From the NCBI GenBank assembly GCA_963662405.2, contig CAXXKT010000001.1, forward strand, positions 288,001 through 352,000: DNA of 64,000 nt. The letters run 5' to 3'. Position numbers and translations under genes: made by a program. The notes below the pieces were generated by a model. The model saw only the letters and a program-made list of their open reading frames with translations. It did no database searches and was not told the origin of the DNA. This stretch comes from Syntrophales bacterium. Its GTDB lineage: Bacteria > Desulfobacterota > Syntrophia > Syntrophales > UBA2210. The stretch's first letter is position 1. The number at the start of each line of letters is the position of its first letter. This document shows positions 40,038-51,338 of the stretch, one piece after another.

Positions 40038-41255
40038 TCACTCCTTTACCAACTTGAAGGGGAGCACGTTGGCACCGATTTTCAACCCATCAAGATAATC
40101 TGCCCAAGTCTGCATCATCTTCCTCCGCTCTTCCAAGTGTGCTGTCCGATTGTAGGCCCTGCCGTTTGGATCCCTGACAGCATGGGCAAGCTGATGTTCG
40201 ATGAAATCCGTTCGTACCTGCAAAACTTCATCAAGGATTGTTCGCGCCATTGCCCGGAAACCATGGGCAGTCATTGTTTCTTTATCGTACCCCATACTGC
40301 GAAGCGCTGCATTGATGGCATTGTTGCTCATCGGTCGTTTAGAAGACCTCGCAGAGGGTAAGACATATTGACTTTCACCTGTTAACTGTTTCAGCTCGGC
40401 AAGTATCTCTACGGCCTGCCTACATAAGGGGACAATGTGGTCATTGTTCATTTTCATCTTGCGCGCAGGGATACACCAAATAGATTCGTCAAGATTCATT
40501 TCCTCCCATTCCGCGTGTCTCAGTTCCCCCGGGCGAACGAAAAGGAGGGGGGCAAGTCTCAGGGCACACTTGACGACAAAATGCCCCTGGTATCCTTCAA
40601 TGGCTCTCAGAAGTGGGGCAACCTCTTTGGGGTCTGTGATCGCGGCGAGGTGCTTTTTGTTCGGCTGGGGTAAAGCGCCCTTCAGATCGGCGGCAGGATC
40701 TCTTTCCGCCCTCCCCGTTGCCACTGCATATCTGAAAGCTTGCCCGGCAATGGTTCTTATTCTGTGCGCCGATTCCAGAGCTCCGCGGCTCTCCACGCGA
40801 CGTATCACCGCCAAGAGTTCAGGAGCTTTGATATCCATCATGGGTCTTTTACCAATCCATGGGAAAAGATCACGTTCCAACCGGCTCATAATTGTGGTTG
40901 CATGACCGGGTGTCCACGTTGGAGTGAATTTTTCGTGCCATTCCCGGGCAATAACTTCAAAGGTTTCCTTTTCCTCTGTCTTTGCCCGCTTCTGTGCCTT
41001 GCGAACGGCTCCCGGGTCAACTCCCTTTGCAACTTGTCTTCTGGCTTCATCACGTCTTTGTCTGGCATCAAGTAGGGATATTTCAGGGTAAGTCCCAAGG
41101 GCAAGCAGCTTTTCTTTCCTGTCAAAACGATACTTGAATCGCCAATACTTACCTCCCTGTGGTGTAACCAGGAGAAACAGGCCGTCACCGTCGAATAATT
41201 TTATCTGTTTATTTGATGGCTTAGATGAACGAACCTTCGTATCGCTAAGTGCCAT
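40038..41255 (-). CDS. P4-like tyrosine integrase
   Basis: Arm domain LFDGDGLFL...WRFKYR; catalytic R-PGE, HGFR, LAH and YNR motifs. Confidence 0.95.
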   Translation of the reverse strand: MALSDTKVRSSKPSNKQIKLFDGDGLFLLVTPQGGKYWRFKYRFDRKEKLLALGTYPEISLLDARQRRDEARRQVAKGVDPGAVRKAQKRAKTEEKETFEVIAREWHEKFTPTWTPGHATTIMSRLERDLFPWIGKRPMMDIKAPELLAVIRRVESRGALESAHRIRTIAGQAFRYAVATGRAERDPAADLKGALPQPNKKHLAAITDPKEVAPLLRAIEGYQGHFVVKCALRLAPLLFVRPGELRHAEWEEMNLDESIWCIPARKMKMNNDHIVPLCRQAVEILAELKQLTGESQYVLPSARSSKRPMSNNAINAALRSMGYDKETMTAHGFRAMARTILDEVLQVRTDFIEHQLAHAVRDPNGRAYNRTAHLEERRKMMQTWADYLDGLKIGANVLPFKLVKE

Positions 41256-41375
41256 AAGGATTTCCTCCAGCTTTGGGGGTATCGATTTTCGGCTGGGGGT
41301 ACATTTTATGAAGAAATACCCCCAATACTGCCGGATGCTGATGGACCTTATAACACTTCATCGGATTAACGACAA

Positions 41376-41403
41376 GAAAAAACCCGCCATCTTTAGCGGG
41401 TTC
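41376..41403 (-). terminator. Intrinsic terminator after tmRNA
   Basis: aacccgct-aaagat-ggcgggtt followed by a T-run on the minus strand. Confidence 0.7.
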
Positions 41404-41435
41404 TGTACTTCTTTGGACTTTGTTGGATTGTCAAT

Positions 41436-41790
41436 TGGTGGAGGCGGCGGGAGTCGAACCCGCGTCCGAAAATATTCCACTGGAGTTTCTACGTGCGTAT
41501 CCTCTGATTTTGATTCGTGCCTGAAAACTCCCAAAGGCAGGATTGATCAGACACTATCCTGATTAGTTCTCGCCTCACTTCCTCCAGGATAAAGAAGATC
41601 GGCCAGTCCGCCTATATGACGCCCTCATCCGACCCGGCAGACATGGTCGGGAGACCGGTAGCCGTCTAAGCGGCTACAGCGTAATCGTAGTTGTCTGCGA
41701 TTATGTTTTCCTACCTGTTTAACGAGGCCTGTAGGAACCTCGGCACGCGGCTACAGCTTCACCTATCCCCGTCGAAACCGTGACGCCCCC
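41436..41790 (-). ncRNA. ssrA: tmRNA
   Basis: 5' GGGGGCG pairs with 3' CGCCUCC-ACCA (G3-U); T-loop GTTCGA; tag ADNYDYAVAA*; adjacent to smpB. Confidence 0.97.
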
Positions 41791-41864
41791 ATATAAAAGA
41801 TCAGTAATTGTACTCTTACTATAGTCACTTTCGCCGCCCAAGTCAAGGATGCGCATACGACCCG

Positions 41865-42344
41865 CTACCAGCCCTTGCCGCGTGAGCTCATATCCCTCTG
41901 CGCATCGCGCATATCGTCTTTTTGTCTGATATCCTGCCTCTTGTCATACAGCTTTTTACCCTTTCCGATACCGATCTCCAGTTTCACCCTTCCATTCTTG
42001 AAATACATCTTCAGGGGAACGAGGGTCAGGCCTTTCTCGTTTGATTTCCCATAGAGTTTTTTTATTTCTTGTTTATGCAGCAGCAGCTTGCGGACCCTCA
42101 GCACACTGTGATTGGTGCGGTTACCGTGAGAATAGGGGCTTATATGCAGATCGTAGACGAACACCTCCCCGTCCTTCACCTGGGCGTAGCTGTCCTTCAT
42201 GTTTCCTCTGCCTTCACGAAGCGCCTTCACCTCGGTCCCGGCAAGCACAATCCCCGCCTCATAGGTTTCTTCTATGAAGTAGTTGCGCCGTGCCAGTTTA
42301 TTCTGGCAGATTATTTTTTCAGATGTCTTATCCTTCTTTGCCAT
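41865..42344 (-). CDS. smpB: SsrA-binding protein
   Basis: [19 protein letters not shown] and GKKLYDKR motifs. Confidence 0.97.
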   Translation of the reverse strand: MAKKDKTSEKIICQNKLARRNYFIEETYEAGIVLAGTEVKALREGRGNMKDSYAQVKDGEVFVYDLHISPYSHGNRTNHSVLRVRKLLLHKQEIKKLYGKSNEKGLTLVPLKMYFKNGRVKLEIGIGKGKKLYDKRQDIRQKDDMRDAQRDMSSRGKGW

Positions 42345-42356
42345 TACACCACTCTC

Positions 42357-43136
42357 TCATATCTCAACCAAGATATCCCCCGAAGGCTGATCGTCATTAT
42401 GTTCGGGAAGGTATTCCATCCGTACATGGCTCATTGCCTTGAAAATGTTTTCGCGGATATGTTTGTTGTCCCTTTCCAGGTTGTCCAACATCTCTTTTAC
42501 ATACCTCCTCCGCGAGGTCTTGCTCGTGGGGCACAGGCTCTCTATCACGGGCAGATTCCGCTCCTTCGCGTACCGCTTGATCAGGGGCTCTCTGATATAC
42601 GCAAGGGGCCTGATCAGATGAAACTTTCCGTTGAAGATGGGCTGATCCGGCATCATCGTACTGATCTCCCGGGCGTAGAAGATGTTGATCAGGAGCGTCT
42701 CAACCATATCGTCTTTGTGGTGTGCCAGGGCGATCTTGTTGCACCCGTGTTCGTTCGCTATCTCGAATATCCGTTTTCTCCGCATCCGTGAACACAAAAA
42801 GCACGGGTTTTTTCTGTTTTCATGACTGTGGGCGAAGGGACCGATATCGGTCTTGTCCATGAGATACTCATACCCGTTCTCCTCAAGATATCGTTCCAAT
42901 CGTTCATACCCCCGGTACTCCCGATCGAATCCCATGTCCACATTGACGGCAAGAATCGAAAATCGCGGGAGAAAGATCATCCGGGTATTGAGGAGCTCGA
43001 GAAGGACGAGACTGTCTAAACCTCCCGAAACGCCGACCAGCACTCGATCTCCTTCCGCAATCATATTATAGTCCATAGCGGCCTTTTCCAGCCACTTTTT
43101 CAGGTGCAGGTACAGCTTTGACGGTTTTTCTCTCAC
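42357..43136 (-). CDS. ttcA: tRNA 2-thiocytidine biosynthesis protein (TtcA family)
   Basis: SGGLDS PP-loop, CFLCSRMRR, HHKDD, IRPL and CP motifs. Confidence 0.85.
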   Translation of the reverse strand: MREKPSKLYLHLKKWLEKAAMDYNMIAEGDRVLVGVSGGLDSLVLLELLNTRMIFLPRFSILAVNVDMGFDREYRGYERLERYLEENGYEYLMDKTDIGPFAHSHENRKNPCFLCSRMRRKRIFEIANEHGCNKIALAHHKDDMVETLLINIFYAREISTMMPDQPIFNGKFHLIRPLAYIREPLIKRYAKERNLPVIESLCPTSKTSRRRYVKEMLDNLERDNKHIRENIFKAMSHVRMEYLPEHNDDQPSGDILVEI

Positions 43137-43415
43137 CAGAAGGTTTCCTCTCTTGCAACCATTTTACCGGACAATGACACCATGCTCAAAGGGTGCTAGC
43201 ACCCTATCATGAAAAGATCATCACGCCAAATCGGAAATTGCGTAACTATACAACTGACCAATAAATGTTTTCCATTTTTTTATTGACACGACTTTTGTTA
43301 TCTGCTACGAACCGCGCGAGTCTATGAAGGGCACTTGCGATAATCGGGCAGTGCAGTACGGCTGCCCGATTTTTTTGTCCAGCACACGCTCAATTACAAA
43401 AGGGGGTGAATTCCC

Positions 43416-43697
43416 ATGCTTTGTCAGACGGTAAAAGAAGGTTTTGAATGTGTCTTCATGACCAAAAAAGGGTGTAGTTTTAATGGAGGTAGCTGTCATT
43501 CGATTGTTGAAAAGTGCGAAGGGTGTAACAAATGCCTGGAGTATTCCTCTGTCAAGTATTGTATGATGTATCCTGATCCCGCTGCTAAGTGGGCCAATGG
43601 CGTTTGTCCGTCAGCAACACACGTCGAAAAGCGCGTCAAAGAAACAGCTCAAAAGATCAACCCGCTCAAGGCCTCCAAGCGGGGTTCAAAACGCTAA
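43416..43697 (+). CDS. PxxKW family cysteine-rich protein
   Basis: PAAKW motif, multiple Cys, KINPLKASKR C-terminus. Confidence 0.88.
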   Translation: MLCQTVKEGFECVFMTKKGCSFNGGSCHSIVEKCEGCNKCLEYSSVKYCMMYPDPAAKWANGVCPSATHVEKRVKETAQKINPLKASKRGSKR

Positions 43698-43805
43698 CTC
43701 TTTCCGCTGAACAACTAAGCACAATCCTGCTACAATGGGAAAAGCTTTATTGAGTGGAGTTTTGGTTTTCATCCATTACGGTGGAGGTGGGGGGATGTTT
43801 GACTC

Positions 43806-43833
43806 AAAAAGCCGGTTGAGAAACCGGCTTTTT
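43806..43833. terminator. Bidirectional terminator
   Basis: aaaaagccggtt-gaga-aaccggcttttt between convergent genes. Confidence 0.85.
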
Positions 43834-43874
43834 CGTCTTCACACCCGACAGAGACAGATAACGTACCGGACTTT

Positions 43875-44201
43875 TCAACTGATGATATTGCGTATCTCCT
43901 GCAGTCCCTTCTTAATATCAGCTAATTTCTTCTCGGCATGCGGGGGATCCCCCCCCCCCTTGTTGGATCGGGCCAGGTGTTTTCTGGCTCCGGCTATGGT
44001 AAACATTTCCTCGTATAAAAGATTTTTTATTTCAAGTAATTGTTCAACATCTTTTTTTCGGTACAATCGCTGGTCCGACCTTGTCCGTATCGGCCGTACC
44101 GTCTTGAACTCCGATTCCCAATATCTCACCACGTATGGCTCTACACCCAGAATCTTACCAACCTCACCGATACGGAAATAATTCTTGTCAGGAATAGCCA
44201 T
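43875..44201 (-). CDS. MerR-family regulator
   Basis: IPDKNYFRIGEV...RYWESEF; usual position after ihfA. Confidence 0.9.
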   Translation of the reverse strand: MAIPDKNYFRIGEVGKILGVEPYVVRYWESEFKTVRPIRTRSDQRLYRKKDVEQLLEIKNLLYEEMFTIAGARKHLARSNKGGGDPPHAEKKLADIKKGLQEIRNIIS

Positions 44202-44248
44202 AATAGGAAACCCATAAAAATCCGAGACAAGAAAAGAATGCACAGGAC

Positions 44249-44524
44249 TCAGCTGTTGAGCGCCTTCTTTAATACCTGACTTGATTTAAAGGTCAAGACC
44301 TTCCTGGCCGATATCTCGATCTCTGTACCGGTCTGCGGATTCCTTCCCCGCCGGGCCGTCTTATTTCTGATGCTCAATTTACCGAACCCGGAGATTTTGA
44401 CATCTTCACCTCCGGCAAGGGTATCTTTTATGATGTCAAATACCGATTCTACAAGGCGTGCCGCATCGCTCTTAGAGACACCTATCTTCTCATGCACATT
44501 TCGTATAATATCAGCTTTTGTCAT
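44249..44524 (-). CDS. ihfA: Integration host factor alpha
   Basis: MTKADI...VKISGFG...GRNPQTG; follows pheT. Confidence 0.93.
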   Translation of the reverse strand: MTKADIIRNVHEKIGVSKSDAARLVESVFDIIKDTLAGGEDVKISGFGKLSIRNKTARRGRNPQTGTEIEISARKVLTFKSSQVLKKALNS

Positions 44525-44547
44525 CTTTCCCTCCCTCGTTATGATAG

Positions 44548-46968
44548 TTATAGCTCCTGTCCTCTGATCGTTGCTCCCGTGTGTTTTACTATCGTCCCTA
44601 CAAGTCGCTCATGGACATCACTGACCTCGTTGTCCGTCAGTGTCTTCGTAGAGGAACGATAGGTAAACCTCACGGCCAAGCTTTTCATGCCTTTCGGGAT
44701 CCCTTTTCCTTCATATACATCAAAAATATCGACACATTCAAGTAAATTCTCATTTCTTTCAAGGGCGAGATCCAAGAGACGCCTCCCCTCAACCTCCCGA
44801 CCGATGACAAATGCGACATCTCTTGAAACCGAAGGAAGCTTCGGGATACTCCGATAGAGAAAACCGTCGCGGGCGAAGGGGACAATTGCCTGGAGATCGA
44901 ACTGAAAAACGACCGCTCTTTCCTTTATGTCCATCTTATCGAGGGCATCGGGATGGACATCTCCTAAAAAGCCAATGACCGTATCCTTACATACCATGGT
45001 GCATGATCTGCCGGGGTGAACAAAGGGGCGGTCACAACCCGGCATAAAGCGAACTGTTTGAATTCTCAGGGCATCGAACAGATTTTCCAGACACCCTTTT
45101 AGATCATAGAAATCGGCATGCATCTCCTCATCAAAGTGCCACGACCTGTCATAACGAGACCCGCATACAAGGCCCCCAACCGTTTCATCCTCCCGCGGCA
45201 AATCTTCGCCAATATCGGTAAACACCTTCCCTATTTCAAATATACGGAGGTCACGATTCCCAACACTACCGTTTTTCCGCATCGTCAGGAGAAGCCCATA
45301 GGCCAAATTCGTCCGCATGACGGACATATCCTCGCTCAGCGGATCTTCGAGACGTATAAAGCGCCGCCCCTCATCATCCGCACCCAGGCCGAGGATATCA
45401 GCCGATGCAGGAGAAATGAAGCTGTAATTGATAACCTCTGAATAACCATATCCGTTCAATATTGTTCTGATCCGCTTGTGTAATTCCCTCTTACTGTTCG
45501 TGATCAGTACTTCGGGCGAAAGTTCGGGGAGAGAAGAGGAGATCCCTTCATACCCGTATATTCGTGCTATCTCTTCGGTCAGGTCAATCTCCCTGGTAAT
45601 GTCAACCCGAAATGTGGGAGGCGTTACCAGGTAGTCCCCCGGTTCCCTTTCCGTCACCACCATCTCGAGACTTTCAAGAATCCCTTTCATCTCCTCTGTT
45701 TCAATCCGTGTACCCAGAATCCTGTTGACCCGATCAGGGCGAAGAGGGATGTCCCCGGCCATCTCGATTTTCCGAGGATATTCGTCAATGTATCCCCTGC
45801 AGATTGAACCTCCCGACAGATCGGCTATCAGCTGGGCCGCCCTGTCGAGGGCCCTGACGACTCCTTCCGGATCAATACCGCGTTCAAATCGAAAAGCGGC
45901 ATCCGTACCCATCCCCAGGGATCGTGACGACCTGCGGATAGAGGATGGGTTAAAATAGGCACTCTCGAGGAGAACCTCCGTTGTATCGTTTTCTACCTCA
46001 GAGTCGAGTCCACCCATGATGCCGGCAACGGCAACCGGTTCTACGCCGTCACAGATCATGAGGGTATCGGCGCGCAAGATCCGGGCCTTTTCATCCAAGG
46101 AAACAAACTGTTCGCCTTCCTCGGCACCCCGGACGACGATCCGTCCCTCCTTCAGCGACCGGAAATTGAATGCATGAAGGGGTTGTCCAAGCTCCATCAT
46201 CACGAAATTTGTCACATCAACGACATTATTGATCGCACGCAACCCAACCGCTTCGAGCCGTATCCGCATCCATGTCGGTGAGGGACGTATCTCGATATTT
46301 TGTATGAGTCGGGCGGTATACCGTGGGCACAGCTCCGGATTCAGGATCGTTACGGAGGTCAGCGTATCAATCCCCTTTTCGTTCTCCTGAAAATCGATTC
46401 GGGGATACCGGACCCTGGTTCCCGTCATAGCGGCAATCTCACGGGCGATTCCTATCATGCTCAGACAATCGGCGCGGTTGGGAGTAACGGATATCTCAAA
46501 GGCAACATCCTCAAGATCAAGGGCCACGGCCAGGTCTTCGCCAAGAGGAAGGGTATCGGGGAGCATCATGATCCCGGTTGCATCGTCGCCGATCCCCAGT
46601 TCCTCTTCGGAGCAGAGCATCCCTTCTGACAGCTCTCCCCTGAGCCGGGAGGTCTTTATCGTATAACCGCCCGGTATGGTAGCTCCCACCGTCGCGAGGG
46701 GAACGATATCACCCGCGTGGATATTCCGTGCGCCACAGACCACCGGAACGGTCGTACCACCAGTGGAAACCTCACACAACGAGAGTTTATCGGCATTGGG
46801 ATGGGGGGTTACGGACAGGATTTTCGCAACAAGGACACCGGAGAAACCGGGGGTAACCTTTTCTATGGAATCGACCTCCAGACCGGCCATCGTCAACTTA
46901 TCGGCGATCTCCTCCGGAGCCAAATCCACATCAACATAATCCTTCAACCACTTCAAACTGACTAACAT
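44548..46968 (-). CDS. pheT: Phenylalanyl-tRNA synthetase beta
   Basis: HPNADKL, TPNRADCLS and RFERGIDP motifs. Confidence 0.97.
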   Translation of the reverse strand: MLVSLKWLKDYVDVDLAPEEIADKLTMAGLEVDSIEKVTPGFSGVLVAKILSVTPHPNADKLSLCEVSTGGTTVPVVCGARNIHAGDIVPLATVGATIPGGYTIKTSRLRGELSEGMLCSEEELGIGDDATGIMMLPDTLPLGEDLAVALDLEDVAFEISVTPNRADCLSMIGIAREIAAMTGTRVRYPRIDFQENEKGIDTLTSVTILNPELCPRYTARLIQNIEIRPSPTWMRIRLEAVGLRAINNVVDVTNFVMMELGQPLHAFNFRSLKEGRIVVRGAEEGEQFVSLDEKARILRADTLMICDGVEPVAVAGIMGGLDSEVENDTTEVLLESAYFNPSSIRRSSRSLGMGTDAAFRFERGIDPEGVVRALDRAAQLIADLSGGSICRGYIDEYPRKIEMAGDIPLRPDRVNRILGTRIETEEMKGILESLEMVVTEREPGDYLVTPPTFRVDITREIDLTEEIARIYGYEGISSSLPELSPEVLITNSKRELHKRIRTILNGYGYSEVINYSFISPASADILGLGADDEGRRFIRLEDPLSEDMSVMRTNLAYGLLLTMRKNGSVGNRDLRIFEIGKVFTDIGEDLPREDETVGGLVCGSRYDRSWHFDEEMHADFYDLKGCLENLFDALRIQTVRFMPGCDRPFVHPGRSCTMVCKDTVIGFLGDVHPDALDKMDIKERAVVFQFDLQAIVPFARDGFLYRSIPKLPSVSRDVAFVIGREVEGRRLLDLALERNENLLECVDIFDVYEGKGIPKGMKSLAVRFTYRSSTKTLTDNEVSDVHERLVGTIVKHTGATIRGQEL

Positions 46969-46997
46969 TTATTCGCCTCTCCTGAGGTGTGTACGGG

Positions 46998-48023
46998 CTA
47001 AAATTGGTCCAGGAATCTCCGGTCATTTTCGAAGAAAAGGCGGATATCCGATATGCCGTATTTAAGCATCGCGATTCTCTCGACACCGAGACCGAAAGCA
47101 AAACCGGAGATTTCTTCAGTATTATAGTTTACGTTCCTGAAAACCGCCGGATCAACCATCCCGCTCCCGAGGATCTCTATCCATCCGGTGTGGGCACACA
47201 CCCGGCAACCGGCCCCTTTGCAGATCACACATTGGATATCAACTTCCGCGCTCGGCTCCGTGAAGGGAAAAAAGCTGGGACGAAATCTGAGGCGGGTATC
47301 CTTTCCGAACATCTGCCGGAGGAAAAAGGTGAGAACGCCTTTCAGGTCTCCAAAGGTAATATCCTTGTCAACGAGGAGTCCTTCGACCTGATGGAACATC
47401 GGCGTATGGGAGATATCGGAATCGGGACGGTATACCTTGCCGGGGGAAAGGATCCTCACGGGAGGAGCTTGCTGTTCCATCGTCCTGATCTGAACGGGAG
47501 AGGTATGGGTGCGCAGGATAACATCGTCGGTTACATAAAAGGTGTCGTGTGCGTCACGGGCGGGGTGATCTTCGGGGATATTGAGGGCCTCGAAGTTGTA
47601 ATAGGTCGACTCCACCTCGGGTCCTTCGACCACGGAGAATCCCAGACTTGCAAAGATGTCGCAGATCTCACTCTCCACCCGGGTAACGGGATGAATTTTC
47701 CCGTATCGAGCCCCTCTCCCCGGGAGGGTGACATCAATCCGCTCTTCGCGCAGAGTCCGGTCTTTTTCACCAGCCTCCACACCCTCCAGGCCCTTTTCTA
47801 TCTTTTCCAGCAGGGTGTTTTTTATGTCGTTGGAAAGCTTTCCGAGACGGGGTTTCTCTTCGGGAGGGACATCTTTCAGGCCTCGGAGAAGATCGGTGAG
47901 AAATCCCTTTCTCCCGAGGTACCTGGTCTTTATGTCAAGAAACTCCTCCCGGGTCGCGGCTGAACGTATCGCAGCATCAGCCGTGTTCCGCAGATCTTCG
48001 AGGGCTTCTTTCACGTACGTCAT
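46998..48023 (-). CDS. pheS: Phenylalanyl-tRNA synthetase alpha
   Basis: [14 protein letters not shown] and FPFTEPS motifs. Confidence 0.97.
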   Translation of the reverse strand: MTYVKEALEDLRNTADAAIRSAATREEFLDIKTRYLGRKGFLTDLLRGLKDVPPEEKPRLGKLSNDIKNTLLEKIEKGLEGVEAGEKDRTLREERIDVTLPGRGARYGKIHPVTRVESEICDIFASLGFSVVEGPEVESTYYNFEALNIPEDHPARDAHDTFYVTDDVILRTHTSPVQIRTMEQQAPPVRILSPGKVYRPDSDISHTPMFHQVEGLLVDKDITFGDLKGVLTFFLRQMFGKDTRLRFRPSFFPFTEPSAEVDIQCVICKGAGCRVCAHTGWIEILGSGMVDPAVFRNVNYNTEEISGFAFGLGVERIAMLKYGISDIRLFFENDRRFLDQF

Positions 48024-48370
48024 TCACCTTTCGCCATACCGGCAATCTTTGAAAAGGCACCGGGATCATGAACGGCAAGTTCCGCAAGGATCTTTCTGTC
48101 CAGATCAACGCCCGCATCTTTTATACCATGTATTAACCGGCTGTAAGTTATTCCATTCATACGGGCGGCGGCGTTTATCCGCGCAATCCACAACTTCCTG
48201 AAATCCCGTTTCCTGACCCTGCGATCCCGGTACGAGTACTTCATTGCCCGGTCAACGGCCTCGGTAGCGGTCCGATACAGGCGGCTTCTCGCCCCGAAAT
48301 ACCCCTTCGCGAGTTTCAGCACGCCTCTTCTCTTTTTTCTGGCATGTATACTTCTCTTTACCCGTGGCAT
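48020..48370 (-). CDS. rplT: 50S ribosomal protein L20
   Basis: MPRVKR...[12 protein letters not shown]. Confidence 0.97.
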   Translation of the reverse strand: MPRVKRSIHARKKRRGVLKLAKGYFGARSRLYRTATEAVDRAMKYSYRDRRVRKRDFRKLWIARINAAARMNGITYSRLIHGIKDAGVDLDRKILAELAVHDPGAFSKIAGMAKGE

Positions 48371-48382
48371 ATATATCTCCCT

Positions 48383-48580
48383 TTACTTATAGGGAATCAG
48401 TTTCTTGATTCCGTTCGTATCGCGTGCACTCAAGAGACCCGATTTTCTCAGATTTCTTTTCCGCTTACTCGTCTTCTTCGTTAAGATATGGCTGGCATAA
48501 GCCTTGTTCCTTTTGACCTTCCCCGTTGCGGTCAGGCCAAACCTCTTAGCCGCCCCTCTGCGCGTCTTCATCTTTGGCAT
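48383..48580 (-). CDS. rpmI: 50S ribosomal protein L35
   Basis: MPKMKT..GAAKRF. Confidence 0.97.
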   Translation of the reverse strand: MPKMKTRRGAAKRFGLTATGKVKRNKAYASHILTKKTSKRKRNLRKSGLLSARDTNGIKKLIPYK

Positions 48581-48610
48581 GGTTTTACTCCGGTTATATC
48601 ATTAAAACAA

Positions 48611-49123
48611 TCATTTCTTCGGGGGAGCCACGATCATGATCATATTCCTCCCCTCACGCTTGGGAAACTGGTCAACAACACACTCCTCACCCAGTCTATT
48701 CTTGATATCCTCCATTATACGTCTTCCCTGGTCCGCGTACACGATCTCCCTCCCCCGGAACATCATGGTTATCTTCACCTTGTTGTTCTGATCGAGAAAG
48801 CGTTTTATGTGACGAATCTTCACCAGAAGATCGTGCTCCTCGGTCTTGGGACGGAGACGAATCTCTTTCAGCTGGACGGTACTCTGACTCTTCTTGGCCC
48901 CATGAGTCTTCTTGCTCTGCTGGTACATGTGCTTCCCGTAATCCATGATACGGCACACCGGCGGAGAGGAATTGGGGGCCACCTCTACCAGATCGAGCTC
49001 CACCTTCCCAGCCGCCGCCAAGGCATCAGCAAGGGACAATATCCCCAACTGCTGTCCCTCAGAGCTGATGACTCGGACCTTATCAACCCTGATCTCATTG
49101 TTGATTCTCAGATGTTTAGCTAT
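48611..49123 (-). CDS. infC: Translation initiation factor IF-3 (ATA start)
   Basis: GGAGGTG SD then ATA GCT AAA..., in frame with RINNEI...PPVCRIMDYGK. Confidence 0.93.
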   Translation of the reverse strand: MAKHLRINNEIRVDKVRVISSEGQQLGILSLADALAAAGKVELDLVEVAPNSSPPVCRIMDYGKHMYQQSKKTHGAKKSQSTVQLKEIRLRPKTEEHDLLVKIRHIKRFLDQNNKVKITMMFRGREIVYADQGRRIMEDIKNRLGEECVVDQFPKREGRNMIMIVAPPKK

Positions 49124-49170
49124 GTGTCACCTCCCAGAATATCGAGAAAACCGGTTTACAGCATACCTTC

Positions 49171-51090
49171 TTATTCATACCTGTCACACTTGCCGCGTAC
49201 AAGAGCAACAAACTCATCAACGCCCATGGAACCGAGGTTCTTACCACCATCCCGCTGCCGCGGCGAAACCGCGTCTGATTCCACCTCTCGATCGCCAATA
49301 ACAAGCATATACGGGACCTTTTGCACTTGTCCTTCCCGTATTTTGTATCCCAGCTTCTCGTTTCTGAAATCTTTCTCGCATCGGACGCCCGCCTCGATAA
49401 GACGATTGTATACCTCTTCACCGTAAGGGATGTGTTTGTCGGTTACGGTTAAAACGCTGGCCTGTACCGGAGACAGCCAGACGGGAAAGGCACCTGCATA
49501 ATGTTCAATCAGAACACCCATGAACCGTTCAACCGCTCCAAGGATAACCCGATGAAGCATCACGGGCCGGTGTTTCTCCCCATCCGCCCCGATGTACGAC
49601 AGGTCAAACCGTTCAGGGAGGGTAAAATCACACTGTATGGTCGCGCATTGCCATTTTCTCCCGAGGGCATCTTTGAGCTTGAAATCGATCTTGGGGCCGT
49701 AGAACGCGCCATCTCCTTCATTGATATCATATGCAATTTCATTATCTTGCAGCGCAAGCTCCAAGGCGGTCGTGGCCAGTCCCCAGTCTTCATCAGAACC
49801 GATCGAGTCGTGTGGCCGTGTACTCAATTCCACCTCGTATGCAAAGCCGAAGACCCCCATGGCATAATCCACAAAATCAGCAATCGCCCTGATCTCCGCG
49901 TTTAGCTGATCGGGGATGCACAGGATATGAGCATCATCCTGCGTGAACTGGCGGGCACGCATGAGGCCGTGTAGCACACCCGTCTTCTCGTGGCGGTGGA
50001 CGGTTCCCAATTCGAAATAACGCAAGGGAAGATCCCGATAGCTCCGAATCTTCGATTTGTATATCAGCATGTGGGCAAGGCAGTTCATCGGTTTGATCCC
50101 GTACAACTGCTCATCGACCTCGGTAAAATACATATTTTCGCGGTAGTGGTCGAAGTGCCCGGATTTCTTCCACAGATCAACCTTCAGGATCTGAGGGCCC
50201 ATGACGATGTCGTACCCGCGTTTCAGATGCTCTCGCTTTTCCCAGTCCTCTATGATGGTCCGCAAGAGAGCACCCTTCGGGTGAAATATGATCAACCCGG
50301 GGCCAGCCTCATCATTCATCTGGAAAAGATCAAGCTCCTTACCCAGTCTTCGATGATCTCTCTTTTTGGCCTCTTCAACAACCTTCAGATAGTCATCCAG
50401 CTCCTGCTGCGTGGCAAATCCGGTACCGTAGATGCGCTGGAGCATCTTGTTGTTTTCATCCCCACGCCAGTAGGCCCCTGCAACATTTAAGAGCTTAAAG
50501 GCCTTGACCATCCCGGTGGAGGGAACGTGGGGTCCCCGGCAGAGATCGACAAATCCTCCCTGGCTATAGAGACTCACTCCGGTCACATCTTCGGGAAGAT
50601 CATTGATCAGTTCCACCTTGTACGGCTCGTTTCTCTCCTCGAAAAAAGAAACTGCCTCCCGGCGCGACATCTCCGTCCTCACAAAGGGATGATCGGCGGA
50701 GACAATCTCGCGCATCCTCCCCTCTATCTTATCGAGATCTTCGGGGGTGAAGGTGTCTGAATATTCAAAGTCGTAGTAGAAGCCATCTTCTATCGAAGGG
50801 CCGATGGTGACCTTCACGCCGGCGAATATACCCTGCACCGCCTGGGCCATGATGTGCGAGATACTGTGCCGAAGCACACCGAGACCCTCCGGGGACGATA
50901 TATCAATCAGCCCTATCGAAGCATCTTCATCCACGGTCGAACTCAGGTCGACCGTTGCATCATTTACCCTGGCCGCCACCGCGGACGCCATCGCGTCCCT
51001 GCACCGGGATAAGAAGATTTCCTTAACTGTTACTCCGGGTTGGTATGCCTCGACGGCACCATCCGGGAATGTTATCTTAATTGTTTTCAC
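49171..51090 (-). CDS. thrS: Threonyl-tRNA synthetase
   Basis: [19 protein letters not shown] and FYGPKID motifs; GTG start approximate. Confidence 0.97.
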   Translation of the reverse strand: MKTIKITFPDGAVEAYQPGVTVKEIFLSRCRDAMASAVAARVNDATVDLSSTVDEDASIGLIDISSPEGLGVLRHSISHIMAQAVQGIFAGVKVTIGPSIEDGFYYDFEYSDTFTPEDLDKIEGRMREIVSADHPFVRTEMSRREAVSFFEERNEPYKVELINDLPEDVTGVSLYSQGGFVDLCRGPHVPSTGMVKAFKLLNVAGAYWRGDENNKMLQRIYGTGFATQQELDDYLKVVEEAKKRDHRRLGKELDLFQMNDEAGPGLIIFHPKGALLRTIIEDWEKREHLKRGYDIVMGPQILKVDLWKKSGHFDHYRENMYFTEVDEQLYGIKPMNCLAHMLIYKSKIRSYRDLPLRYFELGTVHRHEKTGVLHGLMRARQFTQDDAHILCIPDQLNAEIRAIADFVDYAMGVFGFAYEVELSTRPHDSIGSDEDWGLATTALELALQDNEIAYDINEGDGAFYGPKIDFKLKDALGRKWQCATIQCDFTLPERFDLSYIGADGEKHRPVMLHRVILGAVERFMGVLIEHYAGAFPVWLSPVQASVLTVTDKHIPYGEEVYNRLIEAGVRCEKDFRNEKLGYKIREGQVQKVPYMLVIGDREVESDAVSPRQRDGGKNLGSMGVDEFVALVRGKCDRYE

Positions 51091-51196
51091 AACACCATCC
51101 GGAAAGATCCACACTCAAGGGGACAGAGAAAGCATCTTCCCGATCCCCTAAAGAAAGGGCACCACAGACGCCGATGCCCTCGTATATGCATTTAAA

Positions 51197-51271
51197 TGGT
51201 AGGCACGCAGGGATTTGAACCCTGGACCCCCACCGTGTCAAGGTGATGCTCTCCCCCTGAGCTACGTGCCT
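51197..51271 (-). tRNA. tRNA-Val(GAC)
   Basis: Cloverleaf AGGCACG...cacc ttGACac ggtg...GTTCAAA...CGTGCCT ACCA. Confidence 0.96.
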
Positions 51272-51338
51272 ATGTCCTGAAAAGGCTAAGTTACCTAGCA
51301 ACAAAACGCCTCCATGTCAAGAACTATTATACAAAACC

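Larger units (their letters stand above)
5128..41459. mobile_element. Genomic island / satellite-like integrative element inserted at the tmRNA 3' end
   Basis: 17-bp direct repeat GGCGGCGGGAGTCGAAC at 5128-5144 and 41443-41459 (inside ssrA). Adjacent P4-like integrase; ATACCCCCAA arm-type repeats at both ends. Confidence 0.85.

Noticed and set aside
40038..41255. Island integrase as the integron integrase
   Set aside because: It has a P4-type N-terminal arm domain and targets tmRNA; no IntI-like features were recognised.
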